Below are positions 28,548 through 40,504 of a stretch of DNA of 64,000 bases, one piece after another (positions within the stretch are counted from its first letter, which is position 1; each line of letters opens with the position of its first letter). The DNA is from Epithemia pelagica. Its lineage: Eukaryota; Protista; Bacillariophyta. Below the pieces are notes generated by a model. The model did no database searches. It saw only the letters and a list, made by a program, of their open reading frames with translations, and was not told the origin of the DNA. Location: the NCBI GenBank assembly GCA_946965045.2, contig OX337233.1, positions 2,666,001 to 2,730,000 of the forward strand, read 5' to 3'. A program made the position numbers and the translations under genes.

Positions 28548-30476
28548 TCATACAGATCTTCCGGTGGAATTGGATGCAGGAGAAAGAAAAGCCAACAAAT
28601 TCGAAACAAACTCCGTCACCGCATCTTCTCGAGCTTTTCGAAGTGGCCATCCGAGTTTCTTCTTCAAGCTTGCTACGTTGTCCGTTATTTCTTCGACCAA
28701 GAGGCTTTCCCAGTTACTTTCCGTGGCTCGCGGCTGGGACTGGCAAACGGCCCATATCCGAAAGCGCGAGTATGGTTTTGATTGCTGATTTCGTGTCTTG
28801 GCGACCTGATCCAGTCTTTGTTGAGCAGAACCAAGTTCTGGTAAGACGTCGCGTGGGAGTCTTCCCGACTCAAGGACATACCGAAAGTGATCGCGCAACA
28901 CATTACGCAGCAATTCATTGTCGAGCGGATCAAAATTGGAACAGCGACATAAAAAGTGACAATCGGATGGAAAAGTGCTTGCGAGAAACTGTGCTTGAAT
29001 GGGTTGCCCATGTGGCAATGGGGGAGGAGGAGGCGGTGGTGGCAGAGGAAGCGTCCCTGCTTGATCAGAGAATAGGTCTCGAAGGAATTCTTCCTCACTG
29101 GGTAGTCTATCAAATTGGTCGTTCATGAGGATTGAATCGAAACTCTGGTCAGTTTGATGACGAGCCTGAAAGGGCTGAGCTGTATTCAGTACATGGATGG
29201 AAGCAACTGGGGACACTGCATGTGGCCTTGACCATCGAGCAATGTCCATGTCGTGCTGTTGGATGTTGAATGCCTCATGGAACAGCAGCAGGTACAATCG
29301 CTTGTCCATGGTTTGCTTCACCGTGCCTCGTTCAAGGCGACCCATCAACTCGCGACGGTCCTGTTCGGAATAGAACGTTCCATCTAGATAGTGCAACTCG
29401 CAAACCCAGTCCAGCCCAATCTTCACCTGGCCTTGTGGGTCTGTGGAAATGATTCCATGCAAGGACTGTGCACGTTCCATCACCAAACATACCTTGAGGA
29501 TGCGAAGAATCCGTGTCATACGAAACACGCGCTTGATTGACGCAGCAAACTCTTGTGATCGTCCGTTTCGTTCCCATGCACCAACAATTTCAAACAGGAG
29601 GCTCAGACAAAGCTGATGATCTTGATGAAGGATGAAGGCCCTTGCATTCCATTGATCATTCCGCAAAGTGATGTACAGCTCCCTGGCCCATTCTTCTGCA
29701 TCTTGAGATCCTAAATCGTGATAGAGTCGTTCCAAAGGTATCTGCAAAGAATCATCCTTGTATGCATCCACAAAGTGGGAAACTATGACATCGTTCTTGT
29801 TTTGTTCGCCTGATAGGGGACGTGCAAGTGTTAAAGTGATGGCGGCCGGTTTCTGATCCATACTGTTCCTAGTTGTGTCGTCCCTTGTAGAAAGACTTTC
29901 GCAGATGACATGGCCTTCCTCAACACTGACCAATGCGGGAAGTTCCCATGTAGCAATTTGAGTGTCTTGCATTAACTGAAATTGCGGCGTGTTGATCAAC
30001 TTGTAGAGGCGACGGTCCATGGTCGGATATTCCGCGTCGTCTTGAAGAGAGGCAGTAATCCATTCGTAGAAGCCAGGGTTCGTCTTCGCGAGATGCGACT
30101 CTTGATGCAGGTGTAACTCGGAGAACCAGGGCCTTTTTCTGTAGAACAATATGTGAGCTCGTTCCATGACAACACAAACGCGCACACTCCGCTGCAATCG
30201 ATCAAGTCCAAATGTGCTTGCAATATCGTGTTCAAATACCTGTGGGTTCGGCGAACCATCCCACTCATTGACGAGTTCGTACAGCAGATTTAGACACGTC
30301 AAGTGATCGCGATGTATGGATGTCACTTGTTCGTTACTAGGTTCCTTGTGCATCCTCTGATACAGCCTTTTCGACGATGTTGCTGGATCGTTGCCCATTT
30401 CCTCGTCGAGTCGACGCAAGCAACTCTGAAAAGAGGGATCCTCATAGACGCCCACAAAGAAGCTGATGGTCTTCAT
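28548..30476 (-). CDS. Hypothetical protein with a duplicated ~180-aa domain and a poly-Pro tract
   Basis: 642-aa ORF whose aa ~5-184 and ~233-422 align. A GTATGA at the stop may be a donor site, so the 3' end is uncertain. Confidence 0.75.
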   Translation of the reverse strand: MKTISFFVGVYEDPSFQSCLRRLDEEMGNDPATSSKRLYQRMHKEPSNEQVTSIHRDHLTCLNLLYELVNEWDGSPNPQVFEHDIASTFGLDRLQRSVRVCVVMERAHILFYRKRPWFSELHLHQESHLAKTNPGFYEWITASLQDDAEYPTMDRRLYKLINTPQFQLMQDTQIATWELPALVSVEEGHVICESLSTRDDTTRNSMDQKPAAITLTLARPLSGEQNKNDVIVSHFVDAYKDDSLQIPLERLYHDLGSQDAEEWARELYITLRNDQWNARAFILHQDHQLCLSLLFEIVGAWERNGRSQEFAASIKRVFRMTRILRILKVCLVMERAQSLHGIISTDPQGQVKIGLDWVCELHYLDGTFYSEQDRRELMGRLERGTVKQTMDKRLYLLLFHEAFNIQQHDMDIARWSRPHAVSPVASIHVLNTAQPFQARHQTDQSFDSILMNDQFDRLPSEEEFLRDLFSDQAGTLPLPPPPPPPPLPHGQPIQAQFLASTFPSDCHFLCRCSNFDPLDNELLRNVLRDHFRYVLESGRLPRDVLPELGSAQQRLDQVAKTRNQQSKPYSRFRIWAVCQSQPRATESNWESLLVEEITDNVASLKKKLGWPLRKAREDAVTEFVSNLLAFLSPASNSTGRSV

Positions 30477-32049
30477 CCTTTTGCAAAATTGATTGCTCGA
30501 AAGTTTGACTGCAATAGGAAAACTCCATCCAATGCCATTCTTTCTAAGAAAACGACGAATCTAGAAAGGATACACCAAACGGACAACGAATCTTCTCAAA
30601 AGCGAATGATGTGCGCTGTTGCGTCGTTGGGCGCGATTCGGACAAGCCCTATCGATAAAACAGAATGACTGTAATCGTAGCTGGTAGGCTACAATCCAGA
30701 TTCTCCATCTATTGTGAAGCGGACCTCTAGGGTGTATTTTGGGGGATGGAGGGAGAGTTCGGGGATTCGGAAGAAGAGAAAAGAGAACCATCATCTGACA
30801 TCTCGGATCTCAGGGAGAGAGTGCATGGTGCAAAGTGCAATCGATGCAGCACCAACCTCCAACAAAAGATTCGAGATGCGAACAAATAATGGGGAAAAGT
30901 GATATGAAAATACGAAAGTGTCACATTCATTGGCCGGTCCCAGATTCCGTTGCTGGATGGCACTGGACACTGGACACTGGACACGTCCATCTACAATTCC
31001 TTCTAGTCTCCGAGGCGACTGGGGGTATGTCAGAAAAAAAAAGTTTAACAGAGAGCTGTAACCGACAAATTCCGTTTGAAGAAGTCGGCACCGTCGAATG
31101 CCATCTCGTAGCTCGTAGCCCACGATGTTCAACAAATTTGAAATTCGCATGGACTGTTACAATTTACAACAGTTGGAATTCCGGCCGAGGAATAAATAAT
31201 GTTCCAAGTGGAAGCGGCCGAGGTTCATGAAAGAATTCGCCCAGTTTTCATGCTCACTCGAGTACGAAAATGTTGACGCAAGTTCACGCAAGCGGTAAGC
31301 TATTATCTCAGTCCGGAGTCTGGACATCGGATGATGTGTCGCTGTGGATTTTATGAGATGCTGTATACTTCAAACTCTTGCTAGACTGCGTGCAAATATT
31401 GTACCGAGATTTCCAATCCAACATGGTTGACACCAAGTCCTTTTCGTCACCCTAGGGACAACCAGCAGGAGTGTTCATGGTGCAATTGCCCAGAGACTGC
31501 TTGCCTCCAACCCAATGACAGCACTAAATAGCTATGAAGGTGACCCAAAGATACTCCTAGATGCCTAGCTTTGCCCATCTGCTTGACAAACAATCGTGCC
31601 ACTTTTCGCCGCGTGCCAATTCACGACCACGAGTTTTCGTTCTTCGTGTTCATCTGTGGTTTCTGGTAAGGATACAGTATACTCCCCTACTCGAAGGGAG
31701 TCAGGAGTCTGGAGGGTGTTCATAGTTCATAGGAGTAGATAGTAGAGGTAGATAGAGCGTTTTGTGGTTTGTGGGAAAAAGGGCGGGGAACGCAGGGATG
31801 CGACTGATCCCGCGCATTCGCGTGGGTTTCTGCGGGACTGTAGACTCCAGTACACCTTTTACACAGAAGTCCAAGCCAGCCATCTGGCGCGGGCCTTCCT
31901 ACGAGGACGGCAGGCGTCTTCAAAGAGGATGAAGTCGAGCGATGGACTCATTTCTCAGACGGCGCCAAAATCTGCTGCCACTATTATATTACCAAATCGG
32001 TTGTCATTTGTTGTCGTTATCATTCTGTTGTTGATCAAGTTGTTCCGCC

Positions 32050-32917
32050 ATGTTTGAAGCTCGCCTAGTCGAAGGATATATTATGAAGCACATCATTGAT
32101 GCTCTCAAGGACCTTGTAAATGACACGAACGTGGAATGTGGTCCGGAGGAGATCAGCGTACAATGTATGGACTCGGCGCACGTGTCGCTGGTGGCCGTCG
32201 AACTGGCATCCACCGCCTTTGAACAATATCGATGCGACCGACAACTGACTCTTGGTGTGAATTCGGCAAACTTGTCCAAGATTTTCAAAATGATGAATAA
32301 GGACGATATCTTGCTCATGAAGGCGGAAGACGAGCCGGAAACTCTTTCTCTCGTCTTTGAAGGCTCCAAAAATAACACTATTGCCGACTTCGGTGAGTCC
32401 GACAACTTCGCAAACATGTCATCGGTTTTAGAGTACGCTCATTTGAATTGTTGTTTATACAGATCTTAAGTTGATGGATATCGAGGCTGATGTACTCCAA
32501 ATTCCTGACACGGAGTACAAGTGCAATATTCGTATGCCAAGTGGTGAATTTCAACGTATTGTTCGAGAGATGCAAGTTTTGGGGGACACATGCACCATTT
32601 CTTGTACCAAGGAGGGTGTCCGGTTCAGCACAACTGGTGAATTGGGTACTGGCAATGTCTTGACAAGGGCCAACTCTGCCGCCGAGAAAGAGGACGAACA
32701 GGTTACGATCGACATGGAGGAGCCGGTGGAATTGCAATTTGCTCTCCGATACCTCAACATGTTCACAAAAGCTACAGCACTTTCCAACACTGTTAGTATC
32801 TCTATGTCTCCCGGAATACCTATCATGGTGGAATACCCCATTTCGGAGGTGGGTTTTGTCAAATTCTTTTTGGCGCCGAAAATCGAGGAAGATGGAGAAG
32901 AGGAAGACCAGCAGTAG
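32050..32917 (+). CDS. PCNA: Proliferating cell nuclear antigen; intron 32393-32462
   Basis: MFEARL...MDSAHVSLV...YRCDR...IADF|DLKLMDIE...RMPSGEFQRI...ISCTKEG...FALRYL...FLAPKIEE. The phase-1 GT-AG intron joins the two ORFs. Confidence 0.97.
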
Positions 32918-33207
32918 TTACTGTGTCATACCCCGCACGGAATCCATCTGCAATTACGAATAGAGGGGAATGTCGAACAGGTAGACATGAGTTTATTGTT
33001 TTGACAATCGTTCCAATTTTCATTGTCTATTCATAGTAAAAAATGCCGCACCTCAAATGCGCGCCGTCGAAGCGCAGAAGGATCAGTCGGCGCTCTAGGG
33101 CTTATATGAATACACGTGTGGCTTGCAGAGCTAGCCATTCACCTTCCACATGTCCATCCACAAATCAGCAATTAGCACATGCCGATGTGGCTTATTTCAT
33201 TTCGACC

Positions 33208-34112
33208 ATGTCCGGACTCAGCGAAACAGTGTTTGAAGCGAGTCTCAATGAAAAGGGTGCCATTTTCAAGGAAATTATCAATGGTCTCTTCCGAGCAGAA
33301 ATGTATGAAGCAGTGTTTGAGTGCTGCCATGAAGGGATAAACATTCGATGCATGGACGCGCGACAAGTTTCGCTGATTGCCGCAGAATTCAAGTCAGACT
33401 CGTTCAGCTCATACCGATGCGACCGACCATTCTCACTTGTTTATAGCCTTTCTTTCCTTTCAAAATTGTTCAACGCGATGATGGACTGGAATGATTCATT
33501 GCGAATAGAATCTAAGGATGGGGACGAATCACTGACTTTCTTTTTTGAGGACAGCAAGAAAAGAACTATTCGTGAACTAAGTAAGAAACCATGAGGTCTT
33601 TTTACCCATTCCACGCAAATTTCACTTGGTATTCTTCAGTGATAACTCAGACTTTGCATTCCTGACTATATGCAGCACCAAAGCCTCTGGATATTGACCT
33701 TGACCTTGTAAATGTTCCAATTGCACAATACAACAGTTGTACTCGAATGCCATCCGGAGACTTCCAAGCAATCATGCGAAGTATGTACCTTAAGGATTAC
33801 ACATGTACGATTTCCTCGTCAAAGGAAGATGTCCAGTTTATCTTCAATGAACAGGATGGCGCAGAAGAATTTTTCAAAATCGAAGAAAATGAAAAAGTGT
33901 CGATATGCCATGAAGGAGAGCCCCTTCGAATGGAACTTTGTCTTGAACTCCTCAGCAAATTTACACAGTTGACGCCACTAGCCAATACTGTTGGCATATA
34001 CATGTCTCCTCAGAGACCTGTTCTGATAGAGTTCCCCATTCCTCAAGTTGGATTCGTAAAATGCTTCTTGGCTCCGAAGATTGTAGAACACGAAGACGGC
34101 TATGCGGACTAG
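33208..34112 (+). CDS. Divergent PCNA-like paralog; intron 33581-33675
   Basis: VFEASL...CMDARQVSLI...YRCDRP...REL|TPKPLDIDLD...RMPSGDFQ...GFVKCFLAPKI. The GTAAGA...CTGAC...CAG intron is phase 1 at the position homologous to the PCNA intron. Confidence 0.88.
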
Positions 34113-34312
34113 CGGCTACCAATGCAGAACTCGGGTCAGAGAATCCTTCCTTCCACATCAAATGGTAAAAAGGATGGGGGACTCCTAGGCAAAGAGGGCT
34201 TCTATACGAGAGATTCGCAGTTTTGTTTGACTTGTATGTTAATCTATATTGCTATCCGTTTCACCTTCCGGTGGCACCTTGGAGCTCAGACCCTTCAAGT
34301 AGGGCCGCTTCT

Positions 34313-35656
34313 CTAGAACGCGAACCGAACTTCAGGTTTACCACGAAAGGGAACTTTTGCCGCGTAGATGGATCCTGCATATGGTTCCCGGCTCAGATCA
34401 CGCTTTTCGGCGGCCGATGAAATAAATAAAATGTCCAGATTGGGACCACCAAAGCAACAACACGTCAGTTGCGAAACACCGTGAGCCGGTGGCACAAGGA
34501 CGCGAAAGACAATATCTCCCGTTTCGGGATGTAGCCGATACACAAACGAAGGACCTGCACCCTCGCGCCAAACGGCATTCCAGACGTAACCCTCTTCATC
34601 AACACAAGAGCCATCCGGATTGCCTTGTGAATGCTTGTGCAACACTGTTTGCGCTGATAAATCCAGGGATCCTTTCTCGCAGTCATAGGGAAACTTCCAA
34701 ATGGTCCTTTGTGGGGAATCGGCCAGGTACATGGTCTCACGATCATGAAAACAAATGCTGTTTGTCACCTGAATGTTTTCGTAGATTGGTTCGTGTTTCA
34801 AAGACACCGAGGCATCGCCGTTGGACTCCGACATGGAGCCTTCGCATTTGAACACTTTCATGTAAACATTGGGATCGCCACCGAAATATCCACCGCAAAG
34901 GAATCGCCCTGTCGGATCACATCGTCCGTCGTTCAAACGGGGGATCACGGTCGGATCGCTTTGTCGATCCTTCAACCGTGTTGATGGAACCACGGGCGCC
35001 ACGGGTTCACCGACACTGGGAGCACTCAATATCCAATCCTTTATCGTTGACGTGACTGGTGTTGTGGAAGGCTCAATGGATGGTGGCAGTAACCGGCAAA
35101 GCTGAAATCCATCTTCAAACGCACAAAGGAACCCTTCCTTGCCTTTTGACCGCATGGCAAAGGACCCTAGCATTTGGGGAAGATTCACCTTGACCAATGT
35201 CCCTGGTACAGTCTCTTGGTCCTCAATCTCGGAAGGAAGACTCAATGCATAAAAGTGTTGATCGTTAATGTCAGTCCACAACAATTGGTTCTTGTCGTCG
35301 TCAAACAGAATGCATTCCCCCAAATTGCATCGGATATTCAACATCAACGTAGCCTCCATGGACTCAACACCATCTTCCCCTTTTGAGATGACGTTGGGCA
35401 TGATACCCGCTTTCCATAAACTAGCTGGCAGATCCACAGAAGATGTTGTGCATGATAGAGGCGAGGCTTCCGACGATGTTGTGAACGTCATGTTTCTGCT
35501 CTGTCTCGATAGTGGATTGCCCTGAAAAGGAGATGTGAGACCGCCAGAACTGGAGCGAAGTGATTCACGAGTAGATTGAACGAGTGCGTCAAATCTTTGG
35601 GAAAATACAAGAGATGTAGTACTTGCACTTGTTGTCCGTCGCAGCATTAAGGCCAT
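34313..35656 (-). CDS. SMP-30/gluconolactonase (regucalcin-like) protein
   Basis: LGECILFD...LLWTDI, RLNDGRCDPTGRF, NSICF, PDGSCVDEEGYVW, TCCCFGGPNLDILFISSA. The first ATG is at 35656. Confidence 0.9.
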   Translation of the reverse strand: MALMLRRTTSASTTSLVFSQRFDALVQSTRESLRSSSGGLTSPFQGNPLSRQSRNMTFTTSSEASPLSCTTSSVDLPASLWKAGIMPNVISKGEDGVESMEATLMLNIRCNLGECILFDDDKNQLLWTDINDQHFYALSLPSEIEDQETVPGTLVKVNLPQMLGSFAMRSKGKEGFLCAFEDGFQLCRLLPPSIEPSTTPVTSTIKDWILSAPSVGEPVAPVVPSTRLKDRQSDPTVIPRLNDGRCDPTGRFLCGGYFGGDPNVYMKVFKCEGSMSESNGDASVSLKHEPIYENIQVTNSICFHDRETMYLADSPQRTIWKFPYDCEKGSLDLSAQTVLHKHSQGNPDGSCVDEEGYVWNAVWREGAGPSFVYRLHPETGDIVFRVLVPPAHGVSQLTCCCFGGPNLDILFISSAAEKRDLSREPYAGSIYAAKVPFRGKPEVRFAF

Positions 35657-36169
35657 GATCGACGGCCTCTCGACTCTCGAAGCTCGAAGATCCAAAATCC
35701 AAAGTGCCGACCCGTCCGTCAGTCGCTGCGATGTGTTTTACCCCCTTTGCGATTCATCCTATATGGTACCCGAATTTTGTTGTTGACGACCCCGCCCCCG
35801 CCCCGAGTTTAATGTGTCTACAATGGGATGGGAGCTAAACCTATTCATCACGAGCCAAACGACGTGTTCATTCTGCTTGTATAGTTCCAGAGAAGAACAA
35901 ATGCAACAGAAAGTCTCAGGAAGCCAAAATAAACCGTGATATAGACAGGCCTTGCATTTGTACAATGCCGACTATGACCTGCCAATCAAGATCTACGAAA
36001 GAATAATGTCACTCGTAGTTTCCAGTTGAAAGATGAGGAATTCTTTTTTTTTCTCGTGTTAAAACAAGCATTACATCTCTATACATCATTACTATGGTTC
36101 TCTATCATGAAATTGAATCTTCTCGAAACTTCGGGACCCTGTTGTGTTTCACATTGGCAACATCCAGTT

Positions 36170-36712
36170 CTAACTGAAGCCAGGCATTATGCGCTTACGG
36201 TCCTCCTGTCGCCTCTCCCCTGTCCAGTTAATACCTGGACCCGATCCCAAAAGAGACTTGGACTGCTCCCTCTTGTACCCTCCCTTCGCATAGTCCTTGT
36301 CTGTCTTGTTCCATTTCAGACGCAACGCCCCAAACACATCCGAGTTATCCCAATGTCCACCTCGGACCATGTATGGGACTTGTTCGCGTTTGATTTTGCC
36401 CTGTTTGAGTTGTTCCCGGTATCCAAAAGGGGCAAAGGCGTGACCGGTCTCCCCCTTTTCATATGCTTCTTGCCATGCTTGCATGCTTCGAGACTTGAAA
36501 CCTCTGGGTCCGAGTCTACCTAGATCCTTTCCGACACGTTTTTGGTCTTGTTTCTTGATGCTGGAGTATTGCTCTGGTGTCAAACCCTGGGGGACATAGG
36601 CATTGAGACTGGTGTCTCGTTGTGTGACCTGCGGCTGAAGTCCAGGTGTGACAAACGCCTGTGTGTTGGAGGCAAGGAGGAATAGTGCAACGAAGAGAGA
36701 TTTGTTCATCAT
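36170..36712 (-). CDS. Hypothetical plastid-targeted protein
   Basis: Signal peptide followed by TQA-FVTP (ASAFAP-like motif), in a 180-aa ORF. Confidence 0.75.
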   Translation of the reverse strand: MMNKSLFVALFLLASNTQAFVTPGLQPQVTQRDTSLNAYVPQGLTPEQYSSIKKQDQKRVGKDLGRLGPRGFKSRSMQAWQEAYEKGETGHAFAPFGYREQLKQGKIKREQVPYMVRGGHWDNSDVFGALRLKWNKTDKDYAKGGYKREQSKSLLGSGPGINWTGERRQEDRKRIMPGFS

Positions 36713-37211
36713 CTTGTCTGTGAAGAGTTCTTTAATGTTCTCAAGCGCAGCGTTGGCTTTCCTTTGCTTTTTGATTTTGTGATACGTTTAGAGCTGTCTT
36801 GAAACAACCTCGGTGATTTTTTGGATGAGTCGGCAAAAGACTGAGTCTGCGGGTCGGTGAGCAAGCTGGTTCCGAATGCGAACTCTGCGACTGAATCAGT
36901 CCGACGTTTGTGTACTATTCTGTCTATAGTAATCCAAATTCCGCGATCGCTCACCTGCCCCATCACCAGTGACTCAGTCCAATCCGGGACCAACAACTCA
37001 TTGTCGATGCGGAACATTTCTCCGAACAACGGATGAGTAATATCAAGTGTCATTTGCCATGTGAGTGGTGAGAACAACCTCATCATGTACATGATGAAAG
37101 TCATCATGATTTGTTTCTCTCATCAACAGCACATTCAATGTTTGAAGAAGTACACTGTCCACGAAACCGAGCAAGTCCGACGACAGTCAAGTGCCTTTGC
37201 GCTCGACACGA

Positions 37212-38759
37212 TCATGCACCCGTCAACCTGCGTGACTCGTCAGATTGTTGTGGTTGTTGTTGCTGCCATGTGTTCCAGCGGTGAAGAATTCGTGCCTTGA
37301 TGGCATCGTTACAAAAGGCATGGTCCAACGACTGCCGTACCAAGGATTGCAAACGTGCCGTATTCAATCCAAAGGCATGTTGGAGCAAGACCAATTCTTG
37401 TGTCGCATTGGTTCCAAACACACCAGGATCATCCGTACAAACTGCCAATGGAAATCCAGCATGGACCTGTAGTAGATCATCTTTCTCCGTTTCTGACTCC
37501 GGTTTAACACCAGGTCTTGGTGTCACCCATTCAGTGAGAGTTGGATGATGTTGTCGCAAGGCTTGCACAAGTAAATGGTGATGCTCATGATACGAATGGT
37601 GTTCGTTAGGGTCGGTCTGTTTGGCATGACAATGCTGAGCCAATTCCAATGTCAGTAGGTTGGATGTGGGACACGTTTCCACCGCAATGGGGAGCTCCCA
37701 CAACTGTTTCTTCAAATCCTCTGGCAAGAGCAAGGCATGTCCCAATCGATCTGGACCAAAGTCGAGCATGTCCTTGGCTTCTTGTCGTGCACATTGTTGT
37801 TGCTCTTGTTGTTTCTCCGTCATGGTCGCATCGTTTTCATTGTCCGTTTCCGCACACGGCACTTCGGCACAATGCAAGGTAATTCCGAGACGTTGTCGTT
37901 TGTCACGATTGGTGGCTTTTACTTGCTCAAACAAGGGACGAAACAAAGCAAAGTCTTGCTTGGTTGGATTGCCACCCATATCGACACCAACAACCATTGG
38001 ATCTGGATCCATGATGGAGCTCTTTGGAGCATCAGGATGCTCGGAACCAGCCAATTCGATAGCCAGGGCAATGTTTTCGGTAGCCTCCTCAAATGATTGT
38101 CCTCGATCAACGGCAACAATCAATCGACAGACCATGGGAAGACGAACAACAACATTGTTGTCATGTTGTGATGCGGTTGCTTCCACTTCTCTTTGGTACC
38201 TTGCTTCTTCTTGAGCTTCAAAGTCACGTATTACTTGTAATACGGTTTGAAGGTAGGCCCGTTTATCGCTCTTTTCCGGTAGATCCTTGGTGTCATTGGA
38301 ATGTCGGACGAGCAAGCATTTGGGTGTTGTTCGCAATTCCAAATACACGACATGATGGTCCGCAAAATCCTGCAAGGCTTCGAGTGTGATTCGTTTCAAT
38401 GCCTCCAAATCATTGACCGCATTGGGGATTTCGGCAAACATGTCAAAGCAGTCTTGTAAACTTCGAGGTGACACGTGATACATTTGAGGATTATTGTCTT
38501 CTGACGATTCAATCTTGTGTGCCACATCCTGTTGGTTGTCGACAGTTGTATTACTTTGCGCCCAAGAAAACAAGTGCGACGACAGGGTCACGTTTCGTTC
38601 GTGGGCCAAGGCAAACAAGGTTTCTTCTCGTATGCAGCCGTTCAAATGAGCATGCAATTCAACCTTGGGCCATTGGAAAATTTCCTTGTACGATGTTTGT
38701 ATCGCATCCAGATTCGTCTTGCTGTCAATTGACGCTGACCCTTTCATTGTCGTCGACAT
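37212..38759 (-). CDS. Adenosine deaminase-like protein (ADAL/N6-methyl-AMP deaminase type)
   Basis: KVELHAHLNGCI, YLELRTTP, ITLHCAEV, DRLGHA, ETCPTSN, CTDDPGVF. HAHLNG is characteristic of the ADAL branch. Confidence 0.88.
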   Translation of the reverse strand: MSTTMKGSASIDSKTNLDAIQTSYKEIFQWPKVELHAHLNGCIREETLFALAHERNVTLSSHLFSWAQSNTTVDNQQDVAHKIESSEDNNPQMYHVSPRSLQDCFDMFAEIPNAVNDLEALKRITLEALQDFADHHVVYLELRTTPKCLLVRHSNDTKDLPEKSDKRAYLQTVLQVIRDFEAQEEARYQREVEATASQHDNNVVVRLPMVCRLIVAVDRGQSFEEATENIALAIELAGSEHPDAPKSSIMDPDPMVVGVDMGGNPTKQDFALFRPLFEQVKATNRDKRQRLGITLHCAEVPCAETDNENDATMTEKQQEQQQCARQEAKDMLDFGPDRLGHALLLPEDLKKQLWELPIAVETCPTSNLLTLELAQHCHAKQTDPNEHHSYHEHHHLLVQALRQHHPTLTEWVTPRPGVKPESETEKDDLLQVHAGFPLAVCTDDPGVFGTNATQELVLLQHAFGLNTARLQSLVRQSLDHAFCNDAIKARILHRWNTWQQQQPQQSDESRRLTGA

Positions 38760-38941
38760 GGTGCTGTGATTGTGGTCAAGATTTTTTTTCGATCTTTTCA
38801 GTCGCGCAAAAATGGCGTGACATGCCACAAAAAGATTTTTTGTTTGACGAGTGGCGCAGGGATCAAAGAAGGTCGATGGATAGATTCATTCATCCAAATC
38901 CCAGAGGATAGCAAGTCTCGTTCGCAATCTGAACCACAACA

Positions 38942-40504
38942 ATGTCATCGTTTCTGGGTGCGGCTGCAGGTCGCCGTTGTTTTGGTTTGAACGCTTGGAG
39001 GAGTCGCACCAGTTCATGTCGGCCATCATTTTGGGAATCATCTTGCACGGTTGTCGGTCCATCCTGTTTCTCGTTGCCAAACCAGGAGGAACGTTCCACC
39101 ATGTCTAGTCCTGCTAGGACACTTCCGTCGTCATTGTACCGGTTCTTATCCACCACCAAGTCGAATCACCAGTCTCCTGGTGTCACAAAACGAACCCAAC
39201 AACACACTGTCGTAGTTTCGTCATCGACTAGTCGCCGATTTCAATCCACCACCGCGGAAGCTCCTTCGACGGTCCCCGTTTCTATTGAAGAAGCTCGTGC
39301 TGTAATGACGCAAGCCTTGCGCAAAATTGGATGGGATGATTCGGATGCTGCCTTGCAGGCCGAAATTATGGTCGCTGCCGAATTGTGTGGAAACAATCAA
39401 GGCTTGGTCAAAATGTACAATCCTCAACTCATGGCACCCTCTCCTAATGCCGGAAAACCCACTGTCGAACGCGACACACCATCCTCGGCCGTGATCAATG
39501 CCAATCAAGCACCGGGCATGTTGGCCGCCGTGACGGCGGCCGATTTGGTCGTGACCAAACTGGAGTCCACCACCACAGTATCACCGCCCTCGATTGCGGT
39601 GGTATCGGCCTACAATACTTCCACATCCAGTGGTCAACTAGCCTTTTATGTGGAACGGATTGCCCGTCAAGGATTGATTGGAATTGCTCTGTGTAATTCC
39701 CCCGAATTTGTCGCGGCCGCACCCGGAGGAGACCCCGTCTTTGGGACCAATCCCTTGGCCGTGGGCATTCCACAGGGCAAGGATGTAGCGCCCTTTACGG
39801 TACGTGTACCATGTAATATACGACTCTGCAGGAAAGATTGCTTCCGTATGATTTGTTCCGTGTGTCGAAACCACACGAATGGAAACAGAGGACGAGACTC
39901 CTTCATTTAGAGATGTTGTATCCATTCGCAGACAGTCTGCACCGCTATGTGGGTGCAGTGAATACTCATCACTGTGCCACTTGTTTGTTGTTTGCGTATC
40001 CTGTTGTTTCAGTTTGACATGGCCACTTCGGCCATTGCCTTGTTTGGTGTATTGAGTGCCAAGGCCAAGGGCGAGGCTTTGCCGGAGGGGGTTGCCTATG
40101 GAAAAGATGGAGCACCAACAACCAATGCCGCCGAGGCCTTGGAGGGTGGAGCCATTGCTACCTTTGGTGGTCACAAGGGTGCCGGCTTGTCCTTGGTGGT
40201 GGAATTGTTGGCCGGTGCCTTGTCGGGTGGTGCCGTACTGGGACAAGTGGAATCGAAAAAGGTGGCCAAATCCTGGGGACACACCTTTGTCGCGATTCGA
40301 CCCGAGGCCCTGACGGATGATTACGAAACCAAGGTGGCATCCGTCTTGGCGACCGTCAAGGCGTCGGGACCCCACATTCGGATTCCCGGAGAACGATCGG
40401 CACAAACCGCAGCCGAACGTCGAGCCACTGGTGTCATGCCCATTCCGACCAAAATATGGGAGTCCATTCAACGAACGGCCAAAGAGGGTTTGCCCCGGTC
40501 TTGA
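38942..40504 (+). CDS. Ldh_2-family (type 2 malate/L-lactate/sulfolactate) dehydrogenase; intron 39800-40012
   Basis: FGTNPLAVGIP...PFT|FDMATSAIA...FGGHKGAGLSLVVELLAGALSG...RIPGERS. The Arg/Ser-rich N-terminus resembles a mitochondrial presequence. The start could be 38942 or 39101. Confidence 0.88.

Noticed and set aside
30961-30984. (CACTGGA)x3 short tandem repeat in the long intergenic region
   Set aside because: Too short to assign a function, and not CRISPR-like because it has no spacers.
36709-37107. 132-aa ORF overlapping the start of the next gene
   Set aside because: It occupies the ~500-bp gap that must hold a 3' UTR and a promoter, and has no recognisable motif.
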